Shown: positions 30,819-40,626 of the stretch, one piece after another
Layout of the letters: every line of letters starts with the position of its first letter
How positions within the stretch are numbered: the first letter of the stretch is position 1
From: an uncultured Clostridiaceae bacterium
GTDB lineage: Bacteria; Bacillota; Limnochordia; Darwinibacteriales; Darwinibacteriaceae
Assembly: GCA_964626065.1 (NCBI GenBank)
Contig: CAZVDE010000002.1
Coordinates: 26,032-90,031 of the forward strand
Direction: 5' to 3'
Length of the DNA stretch: 64,000 nt
Position numbers and translations under genes: made by a program
The notes under the pieces: model-generated
Database searches by the model: none
What the model saw: only the letters and a program-made list of their open reading frames with translations
Told to the model about the DNA's origin: nothing

Positions 30819-32487
30819 GCTGTGGAGCCTGTATCGTTCGCTGCTCAATACCCAATACGGAATATCGGCCATGAAACAGCGCTATTTAAGGGAACGCAAA
30901 CGCGTCTGGGAGCCGATTTTGCTCGTGCTGGTCCTGGTTCCCTTCGCCATTGCTATGCTCCGCCTGCTTTGGAAACTGACCGAGATGCTGTTTGTGGCCG
31001 GCCTGGGTTTCGGCCAACCCCATTTGGCCCTCGTTTACGGGGCGGTATCCGCTTCGCTGCTCACCTTGTTTTTTGGTTTCTTCTCGGTGCTGTCCGCTTT
31101 TTATTTCAGCACGGACTTGGAATCTTTGGTCCCCCTGCCACTTAGATCCGGGGAGATTCTCTTGCTCAAATTGGCGGTAGTGCTCACGGGCAAATATGCT
31201 TTAAACGCCTTCATTCTAGTCCCCATTTGGCTGCGCTACGGCCTTTTAGCCAAGGTGGGCATCAGCTATGTGTTCATGGCCCTGCTCGTATTCTTGTTTT
31301 TGCCCTTAATACCCCTGCTTGCGGCGAGTTTGGTGATGGTGCTGTTGATGCGGGTCGTGAATTTGAGCCGCCACAGAGATAAACTGACCTTAATCAGTGG
31401 TTTATTGATTATTGTGTTTTCCATCGGGCTGCAGCTGTGGGCGCGCGGCAGCGCGGGGGGTGGAGATATCGAGGCCCTTTTGCAGCAAATCGTAGAGCGG
31501 ACAGATGGCTTAGTGCGAATCGTTGGCCGCGTCTTCCCTTCCGCTACCTGGGGCGCCCAGGCCATGGCCTATGCCCATCGGGGCCGAGGCTGGCTGAACC
31601 TAATCTTCTTGGCATTGGCCAGCCTGGCGGGGTTGGCGGCTCTGCTTTTTATCGGGGAACGGGCCTTTCTCCGCAGCGTGCTGCAGGGTTTCGAGGCCAG
31701 TAAAGGGGGCCGGCGCAAGAAGGCGGCTGAGAAAAAAATTCAAAGCCGACCGGTTGTGGGTGCCCTCAGCCTAATGGAAGCGCGGCTGTTCTTGCGTGAC
31801 CCCAACTACGCTTTAAACGGGTTAGTGGGCTACGTCCTTTTTCCGTTTTTGGTAGGTTTTTCGCTTTTCAGCCAAGACCTACCGGGCAATCCACTGGAAT
31901 TTCTATCTGAAATAGAGATTCCTCCCTTTTTTCTACCGGCGGGAATAGCCCTTTATTTCGTGGTCATGGTTTCCATGTCCATGATCCCCAGCACCACGTT
32001 TTCCCGGGAAGGGAGATACTTGTGGTTTATCCGCAGCCTGCCCGTGAGTTTGGAAGAAGCGGTTTTGGCCAGGGGACTCACGGCGGCTGGCATCAATCTC
32101 ATCGGCTGCCTGGTGGGGGTGCTGCCCGCGGCCTATTTGGCCCATTGGCCGTGGGGTAGTGTGATCAGCGGCCTTTTGTTCGGGCTCATTTTGTCGTTGT
32201 TGTGGTCATTCCAACTCATTTTATGGGATTTAAGGCGGCCCATGTTGGATTGGGATAACCCCATCAGGGCGGTTAAATCCAATTTAAATGCGATTGTGGG
32301 ATCTGTCTTCACCGTGTTTCTCGTCGCGGTGCTCGGTATCTTCACGTTCCGCTTGGCCCGGGGTGTGTATGCTTGGCTTGTACCGCTCGTGTTGGTTGTG
32401 GCCGCGCTGGGAATAAGCGCCGCGAACTTCTACGGCCTGCAGAAATACGGTCGCAAGATGTGGCGGCGGATTGAGGGAGGCATGTAA
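30805..32487 (+). CDS. Large polytopic membrane protein, putative ABC-2 exporter permease
   Basis: 560 aa with at least 12 predicted TM helices. Its ATG overlaps the ATPase stop (ATGAAGAATAA). Confidence 0.6.
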   Translation, partial: RMKNKLWSLYRSLLNTQYGISAMKQRYLRERKRVWEPILLVLVLVPFAIAMLRLLWKLTEMLFVAGLGFGQPHLALVYGAVSASLLTLFFGFFSVLSAFYFSTDLESLVPLPLRSGEILLLKLAVVLTGKYALNAFILVPIWLRYGLLAKVGISYVFMALLVFLFLPLIPLLAASLVMVLLMRVVNLSRHRDKLTLISGLLIIVFSIGLQLWARGSAGGGDIEALLQQIVERTDGLVRIVGRVFPSATWGAQAMAYAHRGRGWLNLIFLALASLAGLAALLFIGERAFLRSVLQGFEASKGGRRKKAAEKKIQSRPVVGALSLMEARLFLRDPNYALNGLVGYVLFPFLVGFSLFSQDLPGNPLEFLSEIEIPPFFLPAGIALYFVVMVSMSMIPSTTFSREGRYLWFIRSLPVSLEEAVLARGLTAAGINLIGCLVGVLPAAYLAHWPWGSVISGLLFGLILSLLWSFQLILWDLRRPMLDWDNPIRAVKSNLNAIVGSVFTVFLVAVLGIFTFRLARGVYAWLVPLVLVVAALGISAANFYGLQKYGRKMWRRIEGGM

Positions 32488-32525
32488 GTGTCCGGCCCTT
32501 GGCTGGGGAGAAAGGAGTCGATTGC

Positions 32526-33473
32526 ATGGGTGGTTATGTGCGCCGGGAATATCCCCAATGGTCCTGGTCTTTTTCCAGGCAGCAGATGTTCGCATCTTGT
32601 CCGAGACGTTATTACTACAATTATTATCGTTCTCACAACGGCTGGGAATACCAGGCCCCGGAGGAGGCGGCGGCCGCTTACCGTTTAAAAAAGCTGACCA
32701 ATTTGTACCTTGTCTTGGGCGAAGCGGTGCACCGCAGCGCGGAACAAATGGTGCAGCGCATTCAAGCAGGGCGGCCCCTGCCCGAGGCCGAGACGGTGGA
32801 GGAAGAAATCCGCAGGCTGCTGCGGCAGGTGTGGATCTCTTCCCGAGACAACCAGGCTCTTTTTTTACAGAAACCAAACCGCGTCGCGATGCTGCATGAA
32901 TTTTACTACGGGCTGGAAATTGGCGGTGATGTGCTCGCCAAAATCAACGCACGTGCCGTCACTTCTGCCAACGCTTTAGCCGCCTCGCCCATCTGGCAGG
33001 CCTTGCAGGCTTCAGAAACGGAGATTGTCAGCTGCGAGCAGTTTGATACCTTTTTAATTGGGGAAACACCCGTATATGCGGTACCCGATCTACTTTTTAA
33101 AGACGGTGCGGGCCGGTGGGTGATCGTAGATTGGAAGACGGGGGAGGAGGTGGAGGATAACCAGGAACAGGTGGCGTTATACGCCCTCTATGCGCACCGA
33201 AAACACGGGGTACCCCCCCAATCGATCCTGGGGCGCCTCGATTATCTAAATCTGGGTACTGTGCGTGAACTAACGTTTTCTGCCTCTGACCTACAGCAGG
33301 TGGAGGCCTATGCCGTGGAAAGTATGGCAAAAATGCGCAGCTATCTCAAGGATCCCGAACAAAATATTGCTAAGGCACAAGCTGATTTTCCCCTGACAAA
33401 TTCTCGCGGCCGGTGCTTGTGGTGCAATTTTTATGAACTGTGCCAGGAGGAACTGATTGAAAGCGTCTCCTAA
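32526..33473 (+). CDS. Stand-alone Cas4/AddB-like PD-(D/E)XK nuclease with a predicted 4Fe-4S cysteine cluster
   Basis: N-terminal ...MFASCPRRYYY (Cas4 'CPR' motif); VPDLL...VIVDWKTG (D...D/ExK); QVALYALY (QxxxY); C-terminal CLWCNFYELC (C-x2-C-x5-C). Start at ATG 32526 after GGAGAAAGGAG. Confidence 0.7.
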   Translation: MGGYVRREYPQWSWSFSRQQMFASCPRRYYYNYYRSHNGWEYQAPEEAAAAYRLKKLTNLYLVLGEAVHRSAEQMVQRIQAGRPLPEAETVEEEIRRLLRQVWISSRDNQALFLQKPNRVAMLHEFYYGLEIGGDVLAKINARAVTSANALAASPIWQALQASETEIVSCEQFDTFLIGETPVYAVPDLLFKDGAGRWVIVDWKTGEEVEDNQEQVALYALYAHRKHGVPPQSILGRLDYLNLGTVRELTFSASDLQQVEAYAVESMAKMRSYLKDPEQNIAKAQADFPLTNSRGRCLWCNFYELCQEELIESVS

Positions 33474-33488
33474 CGGAACCTCAGGTTC

Positions 33489-34004
33489 TTAGGCGAAAAA
33501 GTTGGGTGCCAGCGTCACGTTTTCCAGCTCCAAAAGCAGCCGTTTTCTATTCAAACCGCCCCCGTATCCGCCGAACCAGTTTGTCGCCAAAACCCGGTGG
33601 CAGGGGATAATGATGCTGATGGGGTTGGCGCCTACCGCTTGGCCGATCGCCTGGAAAGCCCGGGAATTGAGATTATCCCCGATCTTTTTATAGGTAGTAA
33701 CTTCCCCGTGACCGATTTTTTGGATCTGCCGCCAGACACTGAGCTGGAAGGGTGTGCCGTGCAGTGCCAGGGGTTGATCCCACGCAATCTTATGCCCGGT
33801 GAAATACTGCTCAAAATCCCGCTGCAATTTTTCGGGAAGAGGTGATGATGCGGGTGATTCACCGGGGAAGTGTTTGGCCTGCCAGCGTTTCCCTGCTTCG
33901 GCATCAAAGGCGGCGTAGACAAGAGTTTGCCCACGGAAAAGAAAATACAAAGGTCCCAGCGGAGATTGATAAACAGATTGTCGCACAAAACATCTTCCCT
34001 TCAA
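33489..34004 (-). CDS. ogt: Methylated-DNA--protein-cysteine methyltransferase
   Basis: Active-site IIIPCHRVL and a GGYGGG...LL helix-turn region. 171 aa. Confidence 0.85.
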   Translation of the reverse strand: MKGRCFVRQSVYQSPLGPLYFLFRGQTLVYAAFDAEAGKRWQAKHFPGESPASSPLPEKLQRDFEQYFTGHKIAWDQPLALHGTPFQLSVWRQIQKIGHGEVTTYKKIGDNLNSRAFQAIGQAVGANPISIIIPCHRVLATNWFGGYGGGLNRKRLLLELENVTLAPNFFA

Positions 34005-34125
34005 TGTATAATATAAAAAATAATTCGCAATCTAATTAGGTTTATCCTGCTTAGTTCAGAAAGGTGTGAGGCCCGTGGGGGTTGAACCGCAATTACTAAC
34101 GGAACGCAGCGAGCTGCGGGCCAGC

Positions 34126-35436
34126 GTGATGCGCCTGGCTTGGCCGGCAATCGTAGAAAATTTACTTCATACTATGGTGGGCATAGTTGATACAGCGATG
34201 GTGGGCCGTTTAGGCTCCCCATCTTTAGCCGCTGTGGGATTGGGCAATCAAATTTTCAATATGGGTTTAACGGTATTTTTTGCCTTAGCAACGGGCAGCA
34301 CCGCGATCGTCGCTCGCTATATCGGGGCGAAAGAACCGGAAAAGGCGGGGGAGGTGGCCCGCCAGTCTTTGACGCTCGGTTTTTTTGTGTCAGGCACGGT
34401 CATGGTTTTGCTGTTCTTAACGGCCCGCGATCTCTTAGGTTTTCTATTTGGGCGATCCGATGCGCTTGTTTTGGATATGGGGGCCGGTTATGTGCGCGTT
34501 GTGGCCAGCGCTCTTGTTTTAAATTATTTTTTAATTGTGATTAACGCCATTTTGCGCGGCGCGGGGGATACTCAAACACCCATGCGCATTACTGCGTTGG
34601 TGAACGTGATTAATATTTTGGGCAACACTGTTTTCATTTACGGCCTGGGCCCCATTCCGGCTATGGGCGTGGCGGGTGCGGCTTTGGGCACAGCGGTAGC
34701 ACAGGCCTGCGGCGGTGTAATTGCCATTAGGACGCTGCTCCGCAATAAGGTACTCAGGGTACGACTTTCAGACTCTTTTCGGCCTGATGCCGCTATTATC
34801 AGGCGGATCACTAATATTGGGGTCCCGGCAGGCGTTGAACAAGGGATCATGCGGGTCGGGCAGCTTTTCTACACCATGATCGTTTCCTCTCTGGGGACTG
34901 TTCCCTATGCGGCGCACCAGGTGGCCTTAAACGCGGAATCGCTGTCGTTCATGCCCGGGGCCGGTTTTGCGGTGGCGGCCACCACTTTGGTCGGGCAGAG
35001 CCTAGGCGCCCAGCAGCCCGAAGATGCGGAGACGGCCGGGAAGATTACTCGTAATATGGCGGTGCTGGTCATGTCTGCTATGGGTTTAGTGTTTTTGATC
35101 TTCCCCCGTTTCTTTGTGGGCATCTTCTCCAATGATCCGGAAGTGATGGAATTGGCCAGTGTCTGCCTGCGCCTGGTGGCGATTTGCCAACCTTCGTTGG
35201 CGATCTGGATGGTGCTGGCCGGTGGCTTGCGCGGTGCAGGCGACACCAAAGCGATCATGCGTATTGTGACGGTGAGTTTTCTGTGTGTCAGGGTGGGTTT
35301 GGCTTACATTTTGACCATTCGTTTCGGGTTCGGCTTGATCGGTGCCTGGGTGGCCATGATCATTGATTTGTTCTTGCGCGGCGTGCTTATTTCGCGGCGT
35401 TTTAACCGGGGCAAATGGAAAGAAGTAAAAGTTTAA
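34126..35436 (+). CDS. MATE family efflux transporter
   Basis: 12 TM; N-terminus MRLAWPAIVENLLHTMVGIVDTAMVGRLG is typical of NorM-like MATE. Confidence 0.8.
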   Translation: MMRLAWPAIVENLLHTMVGIVDTAMVGRLGSPSLAAVGLGNQIFNMGLTVFFALATGSTAIVARYIGAKEPEKAGEVARQSLTLGFFVSGTVMVLLFLTARDLLGFLFGRSDALVLDMGAGYVRVVASALVLNYFLIVINAILRGAGDTQTPMRITALVNVINILGNTVFIYGLGPIPAMGVAGAALGTAVAQACGGVIAIRTLLRNKVLRVRLSDSFRPDAAIIRRITNIGVPAGVEQGIMRVGQLFYTMIVSSLGTVPYAAHQVALNAESLSFMPGAGFAVAATTLVGQSLGAQQPEDAETAGKITRNMAVLVMSAMGLVFLIFPRFFVGIFSNDPEVMELASVCLRLVAICQPSLAIWMVLAGGLRGAGDTKAIMRIVTVSFLCVRVGLAYILTIRFGFGLIGAWVAMIIDLFLRGVLISRRFNRGKWKEVKV

Positions 35437-35448
35437 AGGAGGAGTCAA

Positions 35449-36555
35449 ATGAACGACAGTTTCAGATTTCACCTTCCAACTGAGGTGGTTTACGGGGCGG
35501 ATGTGGTGCGAAAGGCGGGCAAGGCTTTGGCGCTGGGCAAAAGGGCCTTGATCGTCACCGGAAAATCATCGGCCGAATTAAGCGGGGCGCTTGATGATGT
35601 GCTGGCGGCCCTGGGCACGGATTATGTGCTCTTTTCTGAGGTGGAAAATAACCCCTCGCTTGAAACGGTGGCGAAGGGCGGCAGAGTGGCGCGCCTAGAA
35701 GGCTGTGATTACGTTGTGGGCATTGGCGGCGGCTCGCCCCTTGATGCCGCTAAGGTGATAGCAATCTTGGCGGTCAACGACATGGAGCCCCTTGATTTGT
35801 ATGCGAAAGGCTGGCCGAACCGGGCACTGCCCATGGCGGCAATTCCCACTACCGCCGGGACAGGCAGCGAAGTGACCCAATATGCGGTGCTGACCATTGC
35901 TGAAGAAGAGACAAAAAGAGGTTTGGGCGGGCCCGATTTGTTTCCCCGCACTGCCTATTTGGACCCTAAATATACCGCTTCGCTGCCCCTGCAGGTGACA
36001 GTTGATACCGCTGTGGATGCACTGTCACACTTAATAGAGGGCTACTTGGCGAAACGGGCCACGTCCGCCAGCGATCTAACGGCGCTGCAGGGTATTGCAA
36101 CCTGGAGCGCTGCCCTAGAGCGGCTGCAGAAAGGCGCTGTGGATGAAAAAGCCCGCTCCGCCCTTCTTTTAGCCTCCTGCCTGGGCGGCATTACTATTGC
36201 CCAGACAGGTACTACCATCGTACACGGGCTCGGCTACCCCCTAACTTATTTCCACGGCCTTCCCCACGGGCGGGCTAACGGGATACTAATAGGCGCCTAC
36301 CTGCGGTTTACTGAGAAAGTGGCGCCCGATAAAGTGGCTAACGTCTTAGATCTGTTGGGGTTGGCGTCCGTTGAGGAGTTTGGCGCGGTAATGGATCAGT
36401 TTTTTGCCCCTTACCGGGACGAGCTGCGCCTCAGTGCGCAGCAGGTGGCGGACTATGGCGCCCGGGCGGCATTGACCAACAACGCCGCCAATTCGCTGGG
36501 TGATCTATCACCGGCTGATGTCACCGAAATTCTGCGGGCCAGTATTATGGAGTGA
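35449..36555 (+). CDS. Iron-containing alcohol dehydrogenase family protein
   Basis: GGGSPLDAAK nucleotide-binding motif; 368 aa; AGGAGG RBS. Confidence 0.85.
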   Translation: MNDSFRFHLPTEVVYGADVVRKAGKALALGKRALIVTGKSSAELSGALDDVLAALGTDYVLFSEVENNPSLETVAKGGRVARLEGCDYVVGIGGGSPLDAAKVIAILAVNDMEPLDLYAKGWPNRALPMAAIPTTAGTGSEVTQYAVLTIAEEETKRGLGGPDLFPRTAYLDPKYTASLPLQVTVDTAVDALSHLIEGYLAKRATSASDLTALQGIATWSAALERLQKGAVDEKARSALLLASCLGGITIAQTGTTIVHGLGYPLTYFHGLPHGRANGILIGAYLRFTEKVAPDKVANVLDLLGLASVEEFGAVMDQFFAPYRDELRLSAQQVADYGARAALTNNAANSLGDLSPADVTEILRASIME

Positions 36556-36556
36556 G

Positions 36557-37671
36557 TTAATTGTTGGCGATGATGCTCACCACAAAAGCGGCTGCTGCCA
36601 CCAATTGATCAATGGGCATTGTTTCAGCTGTGGTGTGCACATGTTCGTAGCCCATACCCAATACAACGGAGGGAATTCCGTACCCGTTGATGATATTGGC
36701 GTCACTGCCGCCGCCCGTGCTTTCCAGACGGGGTTCTAAATCCATGGCTTGGGCGGCGTGGCAGGCCAATTTGACTACATGGTCATTTTGGTCTAAACTA
36801 AATGCGCTGTAACTATCACCGATCTCAATCTCGGCCGTAATGCCGTAGTCGGTGCAGGTGCGGCGGATTGCTTCGCTGAGGTGGTTGATTTGTTTATCCA
36901 GTTTGCCGCTGTCCCTAGACCGGGCCTCGCCGTGTAAGGTGACCCGATCGGGGACGATGTTGGTGGCCTCGCCGCCGCGAATGATACCGATATTGGCCGT
37001 GGTTTCGTGATCTATGCGCCCCAGGTTCATCTTGGTGATGGCCTGTGCTGTCACCACAATCGCGCTGATGCCGTTTTCGGGGGCCACTCCCGCATGGGCC
37101 GCTTTGCCGTGGATCGTGGCAGTAATGTTCTTTTGGGCCGGTGCCTGCACAACGATTGTACCCACCGGACCGCCGGAATCCATGAAATAGCCGGCTTTTG
37201 CCTGCAATTTGGCGGGATCCAGCGACTTGGCCCCAAAAAGGCCCCCTTCTTCCGCTACTGTAAACAGAATTTCTAGGCGGCCGTGGGGTATTTTCTGTTC
37301 CTTTACAACGCGCAGAGCCTCCAGGATGGCCACAATGCCCGCCACATCGTCGGCGGCCAAGATGGTGGTGCCGTCACTGGAGATGATGCCGTCTTTGATT
37401 TGCGGTTTTATACCCAGGCCCGGTTCTACCCGGTCCATATGGGCGCAAAAAAGTAGAGGCGGCGAATCTTTTCCCCCATCTAAAACGGCCAAGATGTTGC
37501 CTGCCGTACCACCGATTTTTTGGGCGGTATCGTCTTCTGCCGCGGAAATGCCCAAAGCGGAGAGCTTGGCCAAGAGTGCATCGGCGATTTTCCGTTCGTC
37601 CTTTGTGGCGCTGTCGATTTGTACCAGTTCTAAAAATTCATCTACCAGGCGTTTTTGATTTATGTTTTTCA
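36557..37671 (-). CDS. M20 family metallopeptidase (peptidase T-like)
   Basis: M20 metal-binding pattern (HMD, DD, EEGG regions). Start at ATG 37671 after AGGAGG. Confidence 0.7.
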
Positions 37672-37775
37672 TTCTGTTGACCTCCTTTCGTTTGTTTTTC
37701 AACACCGGTGTGTAGTTTCCTGCAAAGGAACTCCAAGGGGGCATCTCGAAGTATCTAACGAAACGGGTTGATTAT

Positions 37776-38519
37776 ATGGAAGAGGTTGTTGGCCTCGTCC
37801 TTTTAGCCGGTGAACTATTGCTGACTTACGGCGCCGAAATGTATCGGGTGGAAGAGACAATCGAGGTGATGGGCAAAGCCGCCGGGTTTGCCCAAGTTGA
37901 GGTTTTTGCGACCCCAACGGGGCTTTTCTTGTCGCTGCATACACCCGAAGGGCGGGTGTATACCCGCGTGCGCCGCATCCGCAAAGTACGCAATAATTTG
38001 TCCATTATTTGCGAAATTAACGCCCTGAGCAGGGCATTTTCCTTGGGCCGGATTACCTTAGAGAAGGTGCGGGCCCAGTTGGAAGAATTGCGCATCCGCC
38101 CCGCGCCGGCAGGCCCGCGGCGCCATATAGTGGGGGGGTTCGGTGCCGCGGCCTTTACCCTAATGTACGCGGGGGGCTGGCGCGAAGCCCTCATTGGGGG
38201 TGTGGTGGGTGTGATGGTATTGTTCATTGTGGCTTGGCTTGATGAACACCCGGTCCCAACCGTGCTGCAGGGTGCTGCGGGCGCTGCGGCCGCCGCCGCG
38301 ATTGTGGCCCTCTTGGCGCGTCTGTGGGGTTTTAACCCCAATTTAGCCACCTTGGGTGCCGTGATGGTGCTTGCTCCGGGCGTAGTTATGACGACCGCTA
38401 TCCGCGATATGCTAAGTGGCGAGCTGGTCTCAGGCGTGACTAGGGGTGCGGAAGCTTTGGCAATCGCGGTGGCAATTGCCACCGGTGTGGCGGTAGTTCT
38501 CAGCATGGGGGGCGGATAG
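37776..38519 (+). CDS. ThrE-family (DUF1212) putative threonine/serine exporter, N-terminal-type subunit
   Basis: GELLLTYGAEMYRVEETIEVMGKAAG is the ThrE N-domain signature. 247 aa, multi-TM. Confidence 0.75.
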   Translation: MEEVVGLVLLAGELLLTYGAEMYRVEETIEVMGKAAGFAQVEVFATPTGLFLSLHTPEGRVYTRVRRIRKVRNNLSIICEINALSRAFSLGRITLEKVRAQLEELRIRPAPAGPRRHIVGGFGAAAFTLMYAGGWREALIGGVVGVMVLFIVAWLDEHPVPTVLQGAAGAAAAAAIVALLARLWGFNPNLATLGAVMVLAPGVVMTTAIRDMLSGELVSGVTRGAEALAIAVAIATGVAVVLSMGGG

Positions 38520-38520
38520 T

Positions 38521-38961
38521 ATGGTTGTGCAGATGATCGCGGGCTTTGTTTCGGCCGCTGCCTTCGCCTATATTTACCACGTTCCCCCGGCCCAGATTGC
38601 CCGTTCGGGGTTTGTGGGCGGCACGGGCTGGTCCATTTTTCTTGTGGTGCGGCTGCGCTGGGGTGAAATCGGCGGCATGTTTTTGGCGGCCACCGCGGTG
38701 GCAGTAATCAGTGAAATTTTGGCCCGCAAAGAAAAACAACCGGTGATCATCTTTTTGGTACCGGGCGTAATTCCCCTTGTGCCGGGTGGCAAGGCCTATT
38801 TAACAATGCTCAGTTTTCTCCAGAACGATTATGCTGAGGGTTTGCAGCTAATGGTATCAACTGTCTTTTTAGCTGGTGCGGTGGCGGCCGGAATTATCGT
38901 GTCCAGTTCCGCGTTTCGCATCTATTCCCGCACCAGAAGTATAAGGAGGGCAAGGCAATGA
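38521..38961 (+). CDS. ThrE_2-family (DUF3815) membrane subunit partnering the preceding gene
   Basis: 146 aa with 4 TM, 1 nt after the upstream gene. The two-gene ThrE arrangement is common in Firmicutes. Confidence 0.7.
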   Translation: MVVQMIAGFVSAAAFAYIYHVPPAQIARSGFVGGTGWSIFLVVRLRWGEIGGMFLAATAVAVISEILARKEKQPVIIFLVPGVIPLVPGGKAYLTMLSFLQNDYAEGLQLMVSTVFLAGAVAAGIIVSSSAFRIYSRTRSIRRARQ

Positions 38962-40613
38962 AAAAAGATTTAATTACAGTGTCCCTGGGACGGCGCCGGA
39001 TCGAGCTTGCTAAGGGTACCTTAGTAGGCGAATTGGCCGCCATGGTGCCCGAAGCAAAGGATGCGGTTGTGGCTCGGGTGGACAATGATGTGATGGGGTA
39101 CCAGTTTGCCCTAACGGAAGACTGTTGGGTAGAATTTTTGAACACCAATTCGGAGGAAGGCATGCGCGCTTACCGGGCCAGCTTGGTATTCTTATTTGTC
39201 CGCGCCGCCCTAGAGGTTTTACCCGGCAGTACGGTGCACATACAGCATTCTTTAAATAACGGGCTGTACGGGGAAATTGAGTATGAGGAACCCGTTATTG
39301 AAAGGGATATCATGGCGATTGAAGAGCGGATGCGCGAGCTTGTCGCCCAGGATATTCCCTTTGGTCGGCGCACCGTCCCGGTTGATGAGGCCAAACGGAT
39401 CTACGCGGAACAGGGTTTCGCCGATAAATTGCGCCTTTTGGAACAGTATACGGGAGAGGCCGTTACCTTATATAATTTTGGCTGGCTGCACGACTATCTA
39501 TCATCGATCCTCGTGGCCGGCACCGGTGTTTTACAGCATTTTAAACTGCGCTACTACCTACCCGGATTTATCCTGGAATATCCCAGGCGGCATGCGCCTT
39601 CCCGAATTCAGAAGTATGTGGAGCAGGGCAAATTATTCAATGTATTTTTTAAAGCCGCACGGTGGCAGGATAATTTGGGTATTCCCGACGTGGCTTCACT
39701 CAACGAGTGCATTCGCAGGGGCGGGTTCAATGACCTTGTTTACGTATCAGAGGCATATCATGAAAATCAGATCAGTGAAATTGCGCGCCAGATCGCGCGG
39801 GATAGGGATCGCCTGCGCGTCATTCTAATTGCGGGCCCCTCCAGTTCGGGCAAGACAACATTCGCCCAGCGCCTTTCGGTGCAGCTGCGGGTGGACGGCC
39901 TGCAGCCGGTAGCCATCGGCTTGGACAATTACTTCGTCGATCGGCACCTCACTCCGCGCGATGAGGATGGCAACGCGGATTTTGAAGCGTTAGAGGCAAT
40001 TGACATCGAATTGTTCAACGAACATCTGACAAAACTGATCCAAGGCGATGAAGTGGAGATTCCCACCTTTGATTTCATTACCGGCTCCCGCAAGTGGAAC
40101 GGCAGAAAGCTGAAAATCAGGGCAGATCAGCCCATTATCATTGAGGGCATTCACGGCCTGAATGATAGGCTCACCTCTTCCATTCCCAAAGGCCGCAAAT
40201 TTAAAATTTATATTTCCGCCTTGACCAACTTGAACTTAGACCACCACACGCGCATTTCCACGACCGATGTACGCATGCTGCGCAGGTTGATTAGGGATAA
40301 TCAGTTTAGGGGGCATGACGCCAAGGCCACCATCGACCGCTGGCCTTTAGTGACGCGAGGCGAGCACCGCCATATTTTCCCCTTCCAGGAGGATGCGGAT
40401 GTCATGTTTAACTCTACCTTAGTCTACGAACTGGCCGTGCTGAGGCCCCTGGCGGAAGAATTATTGACGGGAATTACGCCGGCTGATCGCCAGTTTGCGA
40501 CCGCTAAAAGGCTGCTCCGTTTTCTCAGCCATTTCGACGCTGTGCATGATATTGATGTGATTCCCTGCAATTCTATCTTGATGGAGTTTATCGGCGGATC
40601 TTGTTTTGAATAG
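38958..40613 (+). CDS. Fusion protein: ThrRS-N-terminal-like (TGS + second additional domain) fused to a uridine kinase/phosphoribulokinase-family P-loop kinase
   Basis: N-terminal 250 aa resemble the ThrRS N1/N2 domains. The C-terminus has Walker A IAGPSSSGKTTFAQRL and a PRK/Udk-like fold. ATGA overlap with the upstream gene. Confidence 0.75.
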   Translation: MKKDLITVSLGRRRIELAKGTLVGELAAMVPEAKDAVVARVDNDVMGYQFALTEDCWVEFLNTNSEEGMRAYRASLVFLFVRAALEVLPGSTVHIQHSLNNGLYGEIEYEEPVIERDIMAIEERMRELVAQDIPFGRRTVPVDEAKRIYAEQGFADKLRLLEQYTGEAVTLYNFGWLHDYLSSILVAGTGVLQHFKLRYYLPGFILEYPRRHAPSRIQKYVEQGKLFNVFFKAARWQDNLGIPDVASLNECIRRGGFNDLVYVSEAYHENQISEIARQIARDRDRLRVILIAGPSSSGKTTFAQRLSVQLRVDGLQPVAIGLDNYFVDRHLTPRDEDGNADFEALEAIDIELFNEHLTKLIQGDEVEIPTFDFITGSRKWNGRKLKIRADQPIIIEGIHGLNDRLTSSIPKGRKFKIYISALTNLNLDHHTRISTTDVRMLRRLIRDNQFRGHDAKATIDRWPLVTRGEHRHIFPFQEDADVMFNSTLVYELAVLRPLAEELLTGITPADRQFATAKRLLRFLSHFDAVHDIDVIPCNSILMEFIGGSCFE

Positions 40614-40626
40614 ATGGAGGCGCACA

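Noticed and set aside
33978-34013. A TGTATAAT -10 element for the MATE gene inside the 5' end of ogt
   Set aside because: No acceptable -35 lies at 16-19 bp spacing, and the element lies within coding sequence on the other strand. It is too weak to call.
37826-38506. 226-aa minus-strand ORF, and many similar antisense ORFs (299-637, 3232-3681, 6251-6586, 24969-25406, 32284-32877 and others)
   Set aside because: They lie entirely inside well-supported genes on the opposite strand or in an alternate frame. They have Ala/Arg/Pro-rich low-complexity translations typical of GC-rich antisense frames, and no RBS.
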